Under the pieces are notes generated by a model. The model had not been told where the DNA came from, did not search any database, and saw only the letters and a program-made list of their open reading frames with translations. Both the position numbers and the translations under genes were made by a program. A stretch of DNA of 63,542 nt, the filler included, from Rhabdomonas costata (lineage: Eukaryota), in assembly GCA_019059605.1 (NCBI GenBank). It is 55 parts of 55 records of this genome, joined end to end, with 100 filler letters (N's around TTAATTAATTAA, not from the genome) between each part and the next. Parts side by side here need not be neighbours in the genome. Positions count along the whole stretch, not along the records: positions 10,423 to 11,480 come from JAHMHO010030918.1; positions 11,581 to 12,638 come from JAHMHO010030919.1; positions 12,739 to 13,796 come from JAHMHO010030920.1; positions 13,897 to 14,954 come from JAHMHO010030921.1; positions 15,055 to 16,112 come from JAHMHO010030922.1; positions 16,213 to 17,270 come from JAHMHO010030923.1; positions 17,371 to 18,429 come from JAHMHO010030924.1; positions 18,530 to 19,587 come from JAHMHO010030925.1; 47 more parts are not named here. One strand, given 5' to 3'. Positions 10,956-21,467 of the stretch are shown here, piece by piece (positions within the stretch are counted from its first letter, which is position 1; the number at the start of each line of letters is the position of its first letter).

Positions 10956-12204
10956 ATCTCATTCATTCGTACTCATACTCATTCACACGTACATAAAAAT
11001 GCATTTTCTGTTTCACACGAATGCGTCAGAGGTTAGCATTGGTGCCAAACTGTTGCATTTGGATTCAAATGCCGTTCCATGGTGCTTTGAATTCATATAA
11101 CGGAAGATCCAAATGAACAATGTGCAAAACAGTACACCGTGCACAAAAATGGAATGCTTGCACTGATCACAGATCCACATCTTCAGCCAGCAAGCAAGCA
11201 ACAAAATCTTCAGCCAGCAACAAATCTAAACTCCGGAAGCACGTACATTAACGCTCCGTTTGCTTGATTGGGAGACCTTCCGCTGTACATACCGTTGAAA
11301 ATCTCCAAAATTGCAAGGCAAAACTAACAATGAAGCTGAAGCGTTGTCGCGTATCCAGTTTCTGCGAGACAATTACCACACACTCACTTGGTCTGTTTCA
11401 ACTCAGCCAATGCCAACACATCTTGTTGCAGTCCTCTAGGAAGCCACTTCACTGCGTTTGTCTGTTTCAAATCCGGTTCTNNNNNNNNNNNNNNNNNNNN
11501 NNNNNNNNNNNNNNNNNNNNNNNNTTAATTAATTAANNNNNNNNNNNNNNNNNNNNNNNNNNNNNNNNNNNNNNNNNNNNTTTTGGTTTGGCTTCCCCCT
11601 TCCAAACCTGAGGTACCTCAGCTGTGGTCTGAGCCGCGTCTGTGCCAGAGGCTTGGTTCCTCTGGTTTCTCCGCTTTGTTTCTGTTTTCTTTGTGATTGT
11701 GTGCTTATTCTTTAGAGGCCGAGGATGTTTTTATAACACCCGAATAGGTTCCTCTAAGAGTTTGGTTCCTGTGCAGTAAGCCTTTGTCTTTGTGGTGCAC
11801 TCCAAACAGAGGCTTTTGTTTGTTTGTTTGTTTGTTTGCTCGTGCTTTCTGTGGAGAAACTTTTGCGGTTCTCCTGGATTTCGGCTCTCTTGGGGAAGGT
11901 GTGCCAAAGGAAAGCCAAAATGGAAAACCCAAACTGTTCTCGTGATGATGCCATGCTTTGGAATATACGTGCAGCCAGAGCAAGCGCTGGGCCTAAGATC
12001 GGGCGGTTTCCCTGTGTGTGTGTGTGTGTGTGTGTGTTGATGGGCACGGCGCACACTCTCACCCCAATGCCCGTCGTGTCATCCAGCACGAACAGCAGCA
12101 CCGTTAACGCGCCAAAAAAAACCAACAGGTGTGCAGCACAAGGACACGCCACAGCACACCGCGCCAAGGCGCCCTGCGTGTGTATGCGTTTGTGTGTGTG
12201 ATTG

Positions 12205-12606
12205 CAGTCGAGACCGCCTTGATCGACGCGTTGAGGGAGAAGCGCGCTTGCAATTGAAACGGCACTTCCTGAAGGTGACCTTCCTGAACAACCAAACCGT
12301 TCACCTGCAAGCTCTCTCACGTGCTTCGAGACCCGCAATTTACAGCATGCACCTTGAGCCTGAGGCTGCAGCAGCAATCATGGTCGTGAACAAGCTCCAG
12401 CCTCAGATTCAGGCGCTGCTGTGTAACTATGCGAAGGCGGCTCAATAATTGACAGTGGACGACGCACTCCATGACACGCTGGAGGTTTGCGCGTGCCACT
12501 GGGCTCTGTTGAGGCCCGACCAAGAGCATTTGAACCAGGAGGGCCATGTGTGCACCGTAGACACCCGTATTTTGCGGTGGCCTTACCTCAGGACCCTGGT
12601 TCAGCG
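12205..12606 (+). mobile_element. Penelope-like retroelement fragment (N-terminal RT extension), disrupted
   Basis: IMVVNKLQPQIQALLCNYAKAAQ*LTVDD...CACH.....EGHVCTVDTRILRWPYLRTLVQR matches the pattern I...I.NY...C.C....GHV.TGD..I....LR.L..KG found upstream of the RT core in Naiad/Chlamys-type PLEs. There is an in-frame TAA at 12446-12448. Confidence 0.6.
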
Positions 12607-12740
12607 CAAAATACGGGTGTCTACGGTGCACACAACACNNNNNNNNNNNNNNNNNNNNNNNNNNNNNNNNNNNNNNNNNNNNTTAATTAATTAANNNNNN
12701 NNNNNNNNNNNNNNNNNNNNNNNNNNNNNNNNNNNNNNGC

Positions 12741-13007
12741 TGGCCCGTGGTGCTGTTCGCTGCGGCGGTGGGACTGGTCTACCCCGTGACCCGGGCCAAG
12801 GCCTACGACAGCCCAGAGGATAGGCACAGCTTCTCGAGATTCTTCGGGCGGCCGCTGTTTAACGGGGCGGTGGACACCCACGTTGCGGGGGTTGCGGTGA
12901 GGTATGGGTTCCAAGCCGCGCCGTTGGAGGAGGTGGAGTACTTTGAGCTCGTTAGCGCGGAGACGCACGCCTTGCACCCCTTGGCTGTGCTGTGGGTGAG
13001 GAAGTAA
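12741..13007 (+). CDS. C-terminal coding exon of an unknown protein
   Basis: GC3-rich open frame from the contig start to TAA at 13005-13007 (…FSRFFGRPLFNGAVDTHVAGVAVRYGFQAAPLEEVEYFEL…WVRK*). Confidence 0.55.
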   Translation, partial: WPVVLFAAAVGLVYPVTRAKAYDSPEDRHSFSRFFGRPLFNGAVDTHVAGVAVRYGFQAAPLEEVEYFELVSAETHALHPLAVLWVRK

Positions 13008-15807
13008 ATGATGGTGGAGAAAGCCAGTTCCCTCGCTGCGATCAAAAAGTAGCCGCTTTTACTACCCACCCACCTTTTTTTAGGCAGCTTTCTTTTTCCA
13101 TCTTATAAACAAGCGCAGTGTACTCATTGTGTTCTTTCCTTACCTCATCAGTATCACCATTTCTTTCTTTGCCTCTTTGCCTCTCTTCAGGACGAGAATA
13201 GTAGGTTCTATGGGCGCATGTCTTTTTCTTTTGCCCGCCACTATTCTCCGGTTCGAAGAGTATAGATCTCCCTCACACTGTTAGTGCTGACGCGTTGCTG
13301 TGCGGTGGAGTGCCTCAGTCTGGTCACCGCGGAGACGCGACGTTCTGCACCCCTTTGCTAGGCCAACCCTGGGCAATCTGCTAACTGGTGGAGTGGACTC
13401 TGACATGCCTTTGGGTACCTTTCATACTAATCAATGTTATTCTTTTTCTGGTTTCCTATTCCAACGTTTGCAGTCTTGGAAACTTCCTGTTTCCGTGCAA
13501 CATTGGGCGTGTAAGGTGATCTCTTTTATCGGATAGCACTGTGTTTGTTCTGGATGCTGTGCTTTATGTGCTTTTGTGAGGACCTTGCAGTGTGGGTTCG
13601 GAAGCACTGTCGGGTTCCGTGAAGGTTAGGGTTTGATTGTGGGCCTTTTTCTCGAGATTGACGTGCACCATGTCTTCCAGCTGACTCCAAAAATCGAAGT
13701 TTCACAGGCAGTTTGACGGATACCGAACATTTCCATTAACCCTCCACCCCACCGGCTGCCGCTTCTCTTTCATTTTACAGGTTCAAGTTCATAGAANNNN
13801 NNNNNNNNNNNNNNNNNNNNNNNNNNNNNNNNNNNNNNNNTTAATTAATTAANNNNNNNNNNNNNNNNNNNNNNNNNNNNNNNNNNNNNNNNNNNNGTTT
13901 GTGTGTTATTTGTGCCGTTGATAAACCGTCCACTGCGCTTCGGAAAGAAACAAGAGAGCCAAGGTGGGTGGTACCGGGCTGAGAGTGTTTGTACCAGGTT
14001 TTGCCCTTGGTCCTGTTTTACGTTTATCCAACACGTGGTTGGTTGAATTTTTTCCCCCTCCCCAACCTTTATGAATACGGCTTGTGCGTCTTATAAAAAA
14101 TGAGATTCGGACAAATTGGAAGTGCCGACTAGACGTCTTGCCAATGCGCAATCACCTCATTTTCATTCGATTTTGCACGGGGGGCGTTCGCCAAGCGTTT
14201 CAAGTGGTATCGTCCAGTCTCCAAGCTCAACTCGCGCCTCAATCACTCGCTTGCACGTGTGGAGGTCCGTGGGGGCAGCTCCGTGGTTGGTTCTGGGATG
14301 CCCTTTGATTCGCACTCTCGCTCCCTACGGAGCTCTGGAGGGAGAGGGTGGTGTTTGCGCCATGTCGAATGTAATTGGCCACCAGTAAACCTGCTGGTGT
14401 AACAGCAGCCGTCGTTGGTTCCCTTTCGGGCGTAAGTTTAGTTTCCAACACACAATTTGCAAAGTAACACCTTTGTTTTCTTTTTCGTGTCTGATTGCAT
14501 GGCTTACCCCTTCTTTCGTACAATGGTTCCCCTCACCAGAATCCTGCTGGTGCTTGTTCTTTCGCTCTGGATCCAGGTTTGCCGGTTTGACTTTATAACT
14601 GACTCCCGCTGGCTTTACGGCAATTCCCAACCGAATCTGTGTCCTTTAATTCTGAGTTCGTCACGACCGCTTCAGTGAGGCGGTCGTTTCATCCTTTTTC
14701 ATCCGGTCAGGAAAAGGCACTTTGCCCATATTGTAACAGTGCTGGGGATGGTGGGATTCCAATAATGTATTGATGAGAACTTGGAAAAGCAGCCGGAGGC
14801 TTCTCTGTTTGCAGGTTTTCCTATTCTCTGTGTGAGAGAGTACTTATCATGCACCTGGGGGTGTCTGCCTTGGTGGCAAACCCTGAAACTGACACATACA
14901 AGTGCTGGATCCGAGCACTTGTATGTGTCAGTTTCAGGGTTTACCACCACCCCCNNNNNNNNNNNNNNNNNNNNNNNNNNNNNNNNNNNNNNNNNNNNTT
15001 AATTAATTAANNNNNNNNNNNNNNNNNNNNNNNNNNNNNNNNNNNNNNNNNNNNTCCCATTGTAGGACTTCCTGTAAGCGTCCCTGGAGGGATAACTTTG
15101 CATATGGGTGGGTAGTAAACCTGGCATTAATACGTCTGCAGCAAAGACTGCAATATCCCCCACCCCCGATGTTGACGTTCCCTCCCCAATATCTACCGTC
15201 GCATGATGCAAAGCACATGGGAACATCCGCTCTTCTTGAAACTTCGCGGTTATCACAAAAGAGTGATTGTTTTTGTTGTTCATTGCTTTGTTGAATCTGG
15301 ATTTGTGGACATTAAGGTAAGGCTCATCTTCATTTTGTTCTTTGTTTTTCTTCTTTTTTTTGTGGCGTGGTCTATTCACCCTGAGCAATAAAGATGCCCT
15401 TCTCTTTGGGACGTCCCTCTCTTGGCCGAGTCTCTCGGGTGGCCCCTCGGCAGGAGATTCCCCTCGCTGCCCCGTTCTCTGCCAAAAGTCCTTCCCTGAC
15501 CACCGTAGGTTCGTGTCCTGTGCTCCCCCACATATTTTCACAATTACCTCACAACGTCTCTCATCCGTGTGAAGCGCATTCACTCCAACGCGAATCGGGA
15601 GAATGTTTAGCAAGCAAAGCTGCGTGAACCCGAAGCGGTTTAGGATGTACGGTTTAGGATGTATTTAAGTGGTGCGTTACAAATAAGCAATAACTGCTTG
15701 TTCGAAGCTCTACGGCCGTTGATCCGTGCCACTTTTTTCGAGGCTTGACATGATACGGGCAGCCACGACCTGACCTGCCCCCTCCCACGAGCGAAACCGT
15801 CATTTTT

Positions 15808-16112
15808 GTGGGCTGCCTGGCCCCGTTCGGCGTGAGTTGGGTGTGTCACTACGTCGTGGGTGCTGTGTGTGTGTTACCCACCAGGAAAGCGGGTCTAAGC
15901 CCGTAGTGGGATGGAGGACCCAAACCCAGAAGGGCAATAGTGCCCAAAGGGAAGTGTACGAGCGCGGAAGGTTGGGTACCCACAAAGAGATCTCTAAACG
16001 CGCCAATCGGGGTTCCCAAGGCCCCGCGTACACTGTGGATCGGGGGTCACATTGGGTAAACCAACCCTACGTGACAAGACAGCGGGACAAAGTACCATGG
16101 GCTTACAAGGGT
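15808..16112 (+). ncRNA. Candidate structured RNA element, copy A (truncated by contig end)
   Basis: Shares ACGAGCGCGGAAGGTTGGGTACCCA (25 nt) and CCCGCGTACACTGTGGATCGGG (22 nt) exactly with 43073-43152. The flanking stems are conserved in structure but not in sequence. Confidence 0.55.
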
Positions 16113-16212
16113 NNNNNNNNNNNNNNNNNNNNNNNNNNNNNNNNNNNNNNNNNNNNTTAATTAATTAANNNNNNNNNNNNNNNNNNNNNNNNNNNNNNNN
16201 NNNNNNNNNNNN

Positions 16213-16720
16213 TCGTTCCCAAGCTCCTGCCTGTAAACCCGCAAAGACTCCTCATAAAGCGGCTCCGCGGCAGCGTACTTCCCTTGGTCTCCGTACAGAA
16301 GCGCAAGATTGATCAGGCTTTTCGCGACATCGGGATGGTCGTTCCCAAGCTCCTGCCTGAGAATCCGCAGCGCCTCCTCATAAAGTGGCTCCGCGCCAGC
16401 GTACTTCCCTTGCTCACGGTACAGAAGAGCAAGATTGTTCAGGCTGGCCGCGACATCGGGATGGTCGTTCCCAAGCTGCTGCCTGCGAATCCGCAACGCC
16501 TCCTCAAAAAGCGGCTCCGCGGCAGCGTACTTCCCTTGGTCACGGTACAGATTCGCAAGGTTGTTCAGGCTGGACGCGACAGCGGGATGGTCGTTCCCAA
16601 GCTGCTGCCTGAGAATCCGCAACGCCTCCTCATAAAGCGGCTCCGCGGCACCGTACTTCCCTTGGCCGCAGTACAGATTCGCAAGATTGTTCAGGCTTTG
16701 GGCGACAGATTGATGCTCCT
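16213..16720 (-). repeat. 126-nt tandem repeat encoding the TPR units
   Basis: The tcgttcccaagct motif recurs four times at about 126-nt spacing between 16213 and about 16591. Confidence 0.95.
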
Positions 16721-17270
16721 CACCAAACGTGCGCTTCTCGTCTTCGAGGCGATTCTGGATGATCTCCTGCGCCTCTTCGAGGCTCCCCCCATCAAGAAAA
16801 TAATCTCCAGCCATGCTCCAGAACTCGTCAACAGCCTCAATCTCCACCACGCACATCCGCTGACCACCATTCTCAACCACACCACGCGTGTTCACAAGTT
16901 CACTCAGCTCCCCAATGCTCATCCAATGCTGACGCGTCACCCGGAACTGCTGCCCCATCGGGAACAAAACTTCCTCCTCCTCGGGATACATCGACAGATG
17001 GGCGATTCTTGCCGCACAGCATCGGGGATTCTCCGGGTTGCGGATGGTGATCAATAAAACAGTATTTGCTTCGAACTCAGGTATCAAGGTCAGCATTCGC
17101 TCCGCTGAAGTCGTGCACGACACGAACCCTTCCATCGAGAAGACGTTGCGATCAATATCCTTCTGCGGAGTATACTGGGCCTGCTGCTCTGGGCTCAGCT
17201 TCAGGGTGCGGTAGCAGGTCGAGCAGTGAGGTTGCCTTTCGGTCAGCCTCCGCAGCGCGCTCTGAAGTAC
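16213..17270 (-). CDS. R-S-E class ADP-ribosyltransferase domain fused to 42-aa TPR repeats (kinesin-light-chain/NPHP3 type); partial at both ends
   Basis: The whole contig is one stop-free frame: TCYRTL (R), GFVSCTTS (STS), MYPEEEEVLFP (ExE), then four SLNNLA.LY..QGKY..AEPLYEEAL repeats. Confidence 0.9.
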
Positions 17271-19084
17271 NNNNNNNNNNNNNNNNNNNNNNNNNNNNNN
17301 NNNNNNNNNNNNNNTTAATTAATTAANNNNNNNNNNNNNNNNNNNNNNNNNNNNNNNNNNNNNNNNNNNNATCATCAAGAGCCGGGTTTTGGACCGAGAC
17401 TCCGGTCCAGCCGCCATCCTTCCACTTGCTCCCCGATGCGTTGAGCAGGGGTCGCTCGTTGCGGTGGAAAGTGATGCGGCTGACCGTACCTATGTTTCTT
17501 TTTTTTTCTGTTTTTATGTTTCTTTTGCGTCAATCGTGGCCTCAATTGTGCCTTGCCCTTGGATGGTTAGACAGAATCCGACTGTTGAGATTGTGTTGTT
17601 CTTAATTTCGTCCGGCCGAGGAAAAACCAGAAAAACGAAAGAAAAATAAAGAAAAACTAGGAAACTATTGGAGATCTCTCCCAGGAAACCTGGCTGAACC
17701 AGGAACAGGTGCAAACGTGCAATGGTGGTTGAAGTCTTGTGAAACATGAAATCAGTCGGAAGAACCGATTGTTTACCTATATATACCTATCTCGAAAGAA
17801 ATCTGTAGTCCCGTGGGGTTGATGATACCGAAGCGGTCAACACATCGGAGTACAGATTGGGCCGTCATTGTGATCTCGACGGTGATGATAGACTTCGGGT
17901 CGCCCAGGGATCCGTGATCCGTGATCTCGATGAACATGAGAAACTGTAGGAGATGTAGTACAGGTCGGTGGTGACTCAATGGATGAATGGTTCAACATAA
18001 TGGACTGGTCATCGCGCAGGACGTCGGTCAGCAGATGGTAGGTATTGACCAAGTCCTTGGTGAACGTCGCCTATTGGTCGAAGTGGGGTCGGTCAGGGTG
18101 AGGTTGTCGCACAGGTTGCCGGTGAGGTCTTCGGGGCTTTGGCCGTCAGTCGTTGAATGGTTCATCTCGTGGAGCTTTTGCGGAACCTTCTTGAGTAAGA
18201 CTTTGTGGTGTTGGGCGTGAGCATGGTAATTTTACTGTCTGTTTCAGATTCCATGTCGACGGAAGCCAGTACGAAAAACGGGACACTTTCTCAACGTTCA
18301 AGGCTCGGAGTTGTTTGAGAAGCTATAATGGTCTAGATAAAAATACCATGCTCACGCCCAACACCACAAAGTCTTACTCAAGAAGGTTCCACAAAAGCTC
18401 CACGAGATGAACCATTCAACGACTGACCCNNNNNNNNNNNNNNNNNNNNNNNNNNNNNNNNNNNNNNNNNNNNTTAATTAATTAANNNNNNNNNNNNNNN
18501 NNNNNNNNNNNNNNNNNNNNNNNNNNNNNTTCTCCTTCTCGCCTTATAACTTGGCACCGTTCGCTCCTAAAGTACCTTCCCCAGCACTTTAGGAGCGAAC
18601 GGTGCCGTGGGGTACCGGACCACCGTGCAACAACGTCTTTTCTGCGGCACGGTTCCCCGCCATTGTCGCAACTGCCTTCTCGCAGCGGCTCCGGTCACTG
18701 TCCCCGTCCTCCTTTTCTTCGGGCTTCCTTTGACCTTCTCTTATTCACCTGTGGGCTTCCATCGGGCATGTGAACGAGCAGCAACGGTATCTACAGGCGT
18801 CGCCGTGCGGCGGCGTGCTGCATATTCTTGTCCTTTCGTGCTCAATCTCCACTCCCTAGGAGATGCCTGAGCGGCCATCCCACGGCGAAAGAAGACGACA
18901 GAACGATCAGCAGGTAAGTGTGGGTACGATTCGCGCGATGCGGACCAAACCCCTCGTTTCAAGTGGCAGCCCAGCAGCCCTGCCACAGCCCAGCGCAGCA
19001 AACAAGGAGAAAGAGAGACCAGAAAAAAGGAAAAGAGGAATGAGCCAAGTGTGCGTATGTGTGTGGTGGGCGCATAGCGCGCTG

Positions 19085-19338
19085 GGACTGACGGGCGCAC
19101 GCGCTGTTGGCCACGGGAGCTCGAGAGAGGTGCCTTTGGAGCGAACGACGCCGTGGGGTACCGGCTCAACGCTAAACGTCCCACACACGGTGACCTCCCT
19201 TCAGCCCCACAGGTCCCGGGCCTTTGTCAGGCAGATACTTTTCTCCAAAATACCCGCGCTGCTCCATTGCTGCTCGGGCCTTTGAGACTCCGTCCTCCTT
19301 AGGGGGGGGGATTTCTCTCGCGGAAACGCTTTCCTTAG
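19085..19338 (-). repeat. Dispersed repeat family B, copy 1 (retroelement-like 3' end)
   Basis: Aligns in reverse complement with 47884-48153 (e.g. gcgcacgcgctgttggcca, cctcccttcagcccca, gctccattgc). A second short copy of gagcgaacggtgccgtggggtaccgg lies at about 18593-18619. Confidence 0.8.
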
Positions 19339-19435
19339 GTTGAGTGCATGGGCAGCAACGTTATCTAGTGGCGTTGCCGTGCCAGTACATTACTCTATGT
19401 TTGCATTGCGGCCTCTTCCTTTCGTCAAGCCACAC

Positions 19436-19580
19436 CTTGTCCAACGTCCCGCCCGACTTCACGATGATCTCGCACATTGCCGTAAGGTAGTCCTGCGTCA
19501 GCCGCATCAGCTGCTCAGCATCGATTGCCTCACATAGTCCGCTGAACCCCGCGATGTCCATGAACAGCATCGACACCACC
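19436..19580 (-). CDS. Class III adenylate/guanylate cyclase catalytic-domain exon
   Basis: VSMLFMDIAGFSGLCEAIDAEQLMRLTQDYLTAMCEIIVKSGGTLDK then a GT donor. This is the classic F.DI.GF ... GGT.DK motif pair. Confidence 0.9.
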
Positions 19581-21314
19581 CCCCCACNNNNNNNNNNNNN
19601 NNNNNNNNNNNNNNNNNNNNNNNNNNNNNNNTTAATTAATTAANNNNNNNNNNNNNNNNNNNNNNNNNNNNNNNNNNNNNNNNNNNNGGTAGAAAACGCT
19701 GGGTATGTGCTCTGAAAGCCTCAACAGTTCGGCAGTGATAGCGTTTCCTCTGCTCACAAGTCGCAACAGAGTCTGCCCACATATGTCCTCACTGATAACA
19801 AGAGCCAACAATCACGAAACAGGAAAAACAGCGACTTTATTAATTGCGGACGAAACGGAAAACTACTGGTTGCTGAAGATTGATCCGGAAAATTCTTTAT
19901 GGGGATATATAGAACCCTGCTCATCATCGAGTGTCTGAGCACGAATGGAGTTAATCTAAATGGAGCAAAGGCATTTTGGCACTCCTCCTTGAAATGAAAC
20001 CAACCATACTGCTTACTTTCCATCATGAGTGAAGGTCCGGTGATGAGTGGGAAAAAGAAACCAGAAAAATTTTGCTGTGTTGAGCTTGATATCCTTCACA
20101 CAGCAGGCACCGTGCGGCATTAGGACGAGGTAAAGAAAGGTCAGAGGGCTTGCTTATTTTCTCGGTTCGGTGACCTCCTCGGGTTGTGGGCAGGGGGAAG
20201 TTGTTTCTGGTCCCGCCTTCCAGCCGCAGGATAGGCGGGAGCTTTTGTACTTCTTCCCGGCTTTCTTTCCGGTTTGGGCAGAGAGGGATAGCCTCATGGC
20301 CGTGCTAAATCCCACTTTTGCGTAAATTTCGCGCCCTAGTGTTGGGCTTCTGACAGAGGATGAGGTGTAAGCGCGTTTTCCTTCAAGCCTGGAACGCGTG
20401 GGGCTGGCGGGGCATTCTGGTCTGCCTTGTGGTGAGCCGGCACCCCGCGGCACCTGACAGTGTTATAGGACCCCCGTGCGAGCGCCCAGGCTGCGCGCGT
20501 ATTGACCAGGACACCTTTTTCTTTTCTTCTTCTTTTCTTTCCCGTTTCCCCCTTCTTCTATATGTAGAAACTTACACACTGTCCCAGTCACCCAAACCAA
20601 AAGCCAAAAGGCTTCCATTTTTTTGAACCAATCGTTTTTTGTAGCTCACAGTTCAACGGCTCGCAAATCGTGGCCGTTGGCGTGTGCGTGAGCTAAGACA
20701 CTGGGGCTTAAGCTGACGCACAGGAAACGGATGCGACACACACAANNNNNNNNNNNNNNNNNNNNNNNNNNNNNNNNNNNNNNNNNNNNTTAATTAATTA
20801 ANNNNNNNNNNNNNNNNNNNNNNNNNNNNNNNNNNNNNNNNNNNNTCTCCTGAACTGATCTCCGGTCCCGCTCGCGGACCTAGCGGTACTGTGAGGTGCC
20901 GCATTTGTTCGTTTTTTCACATGTGTTTCTCGCGCCCAAAGCGAGAGAGGGGAACGGGGTACTGAGGAATTGTAATTTTGAAGTTCTTTGCGACAGAAAG
21001 ATGTTCATGCCGTTATCACCCCCCCCCCCCCCATCCGTCCTCACCTCACTTCACCTGATCTCACCAGGAATATTACGGATGGCGGTGAACGTAAGAGCGG
21101 CTGCAAAGCTTGAGGGTGGATGCCTCAGAAATTTTGCACGAACATGAAAGCGCACACCCTCACACACACCACATGCACATGCATCTTCAGGCTCCCGCTA
21201 CTTGTTTTTTGTCCCCTTCCATATTCTGTGTGTTGTGTGTGTCCCCCTTGCCCGTTTTCTTCGCTCGGCTTTGTGCGGCTGTTGGGGACTCCCGGAACCC
21301 GAAACTCGCTGAAA

Positions 21315-21467
21315 ATGACCGATCCTGAGGTGATCATGCCCAAGGGGAGCTTCAAGGACACCCCGACCCACCGCATCGCCCGGATCGAGGTCGACCCCAC
21401 CCACCCTGGCTTCGAGGAGCTACGCCAGGCCGCCGCGGCCTCGTTCGCCTTCTGCTGCGACGCCAGG
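21315..21467 (+). CDS. Probable first exon of an unknown protein
   Basis: ATG at 21315 followed by strongly GC3-biased codons: MTDPEVIMPKGSFKDTPTHRIARIEVDPTHPGFEELRQAAAASFAFCCDAR. The 3' boundary is uncertain. Confidence 0.55.

Noticed and set aside
13131-13155. Hammerhead-like CTGATGA...GAAA on the minus strand (CTGATGA also at about 25133, 29861 and 59223)
   Set aside because: Stem II cannot form the G10.1-C11.1 pair or GAAA is missing, and there are no supporting stems I and III.
16284-17057. 257-aa plus-strand ORF with repeats
   Set aside because: Antisense shadow of the ART-TPR frame.
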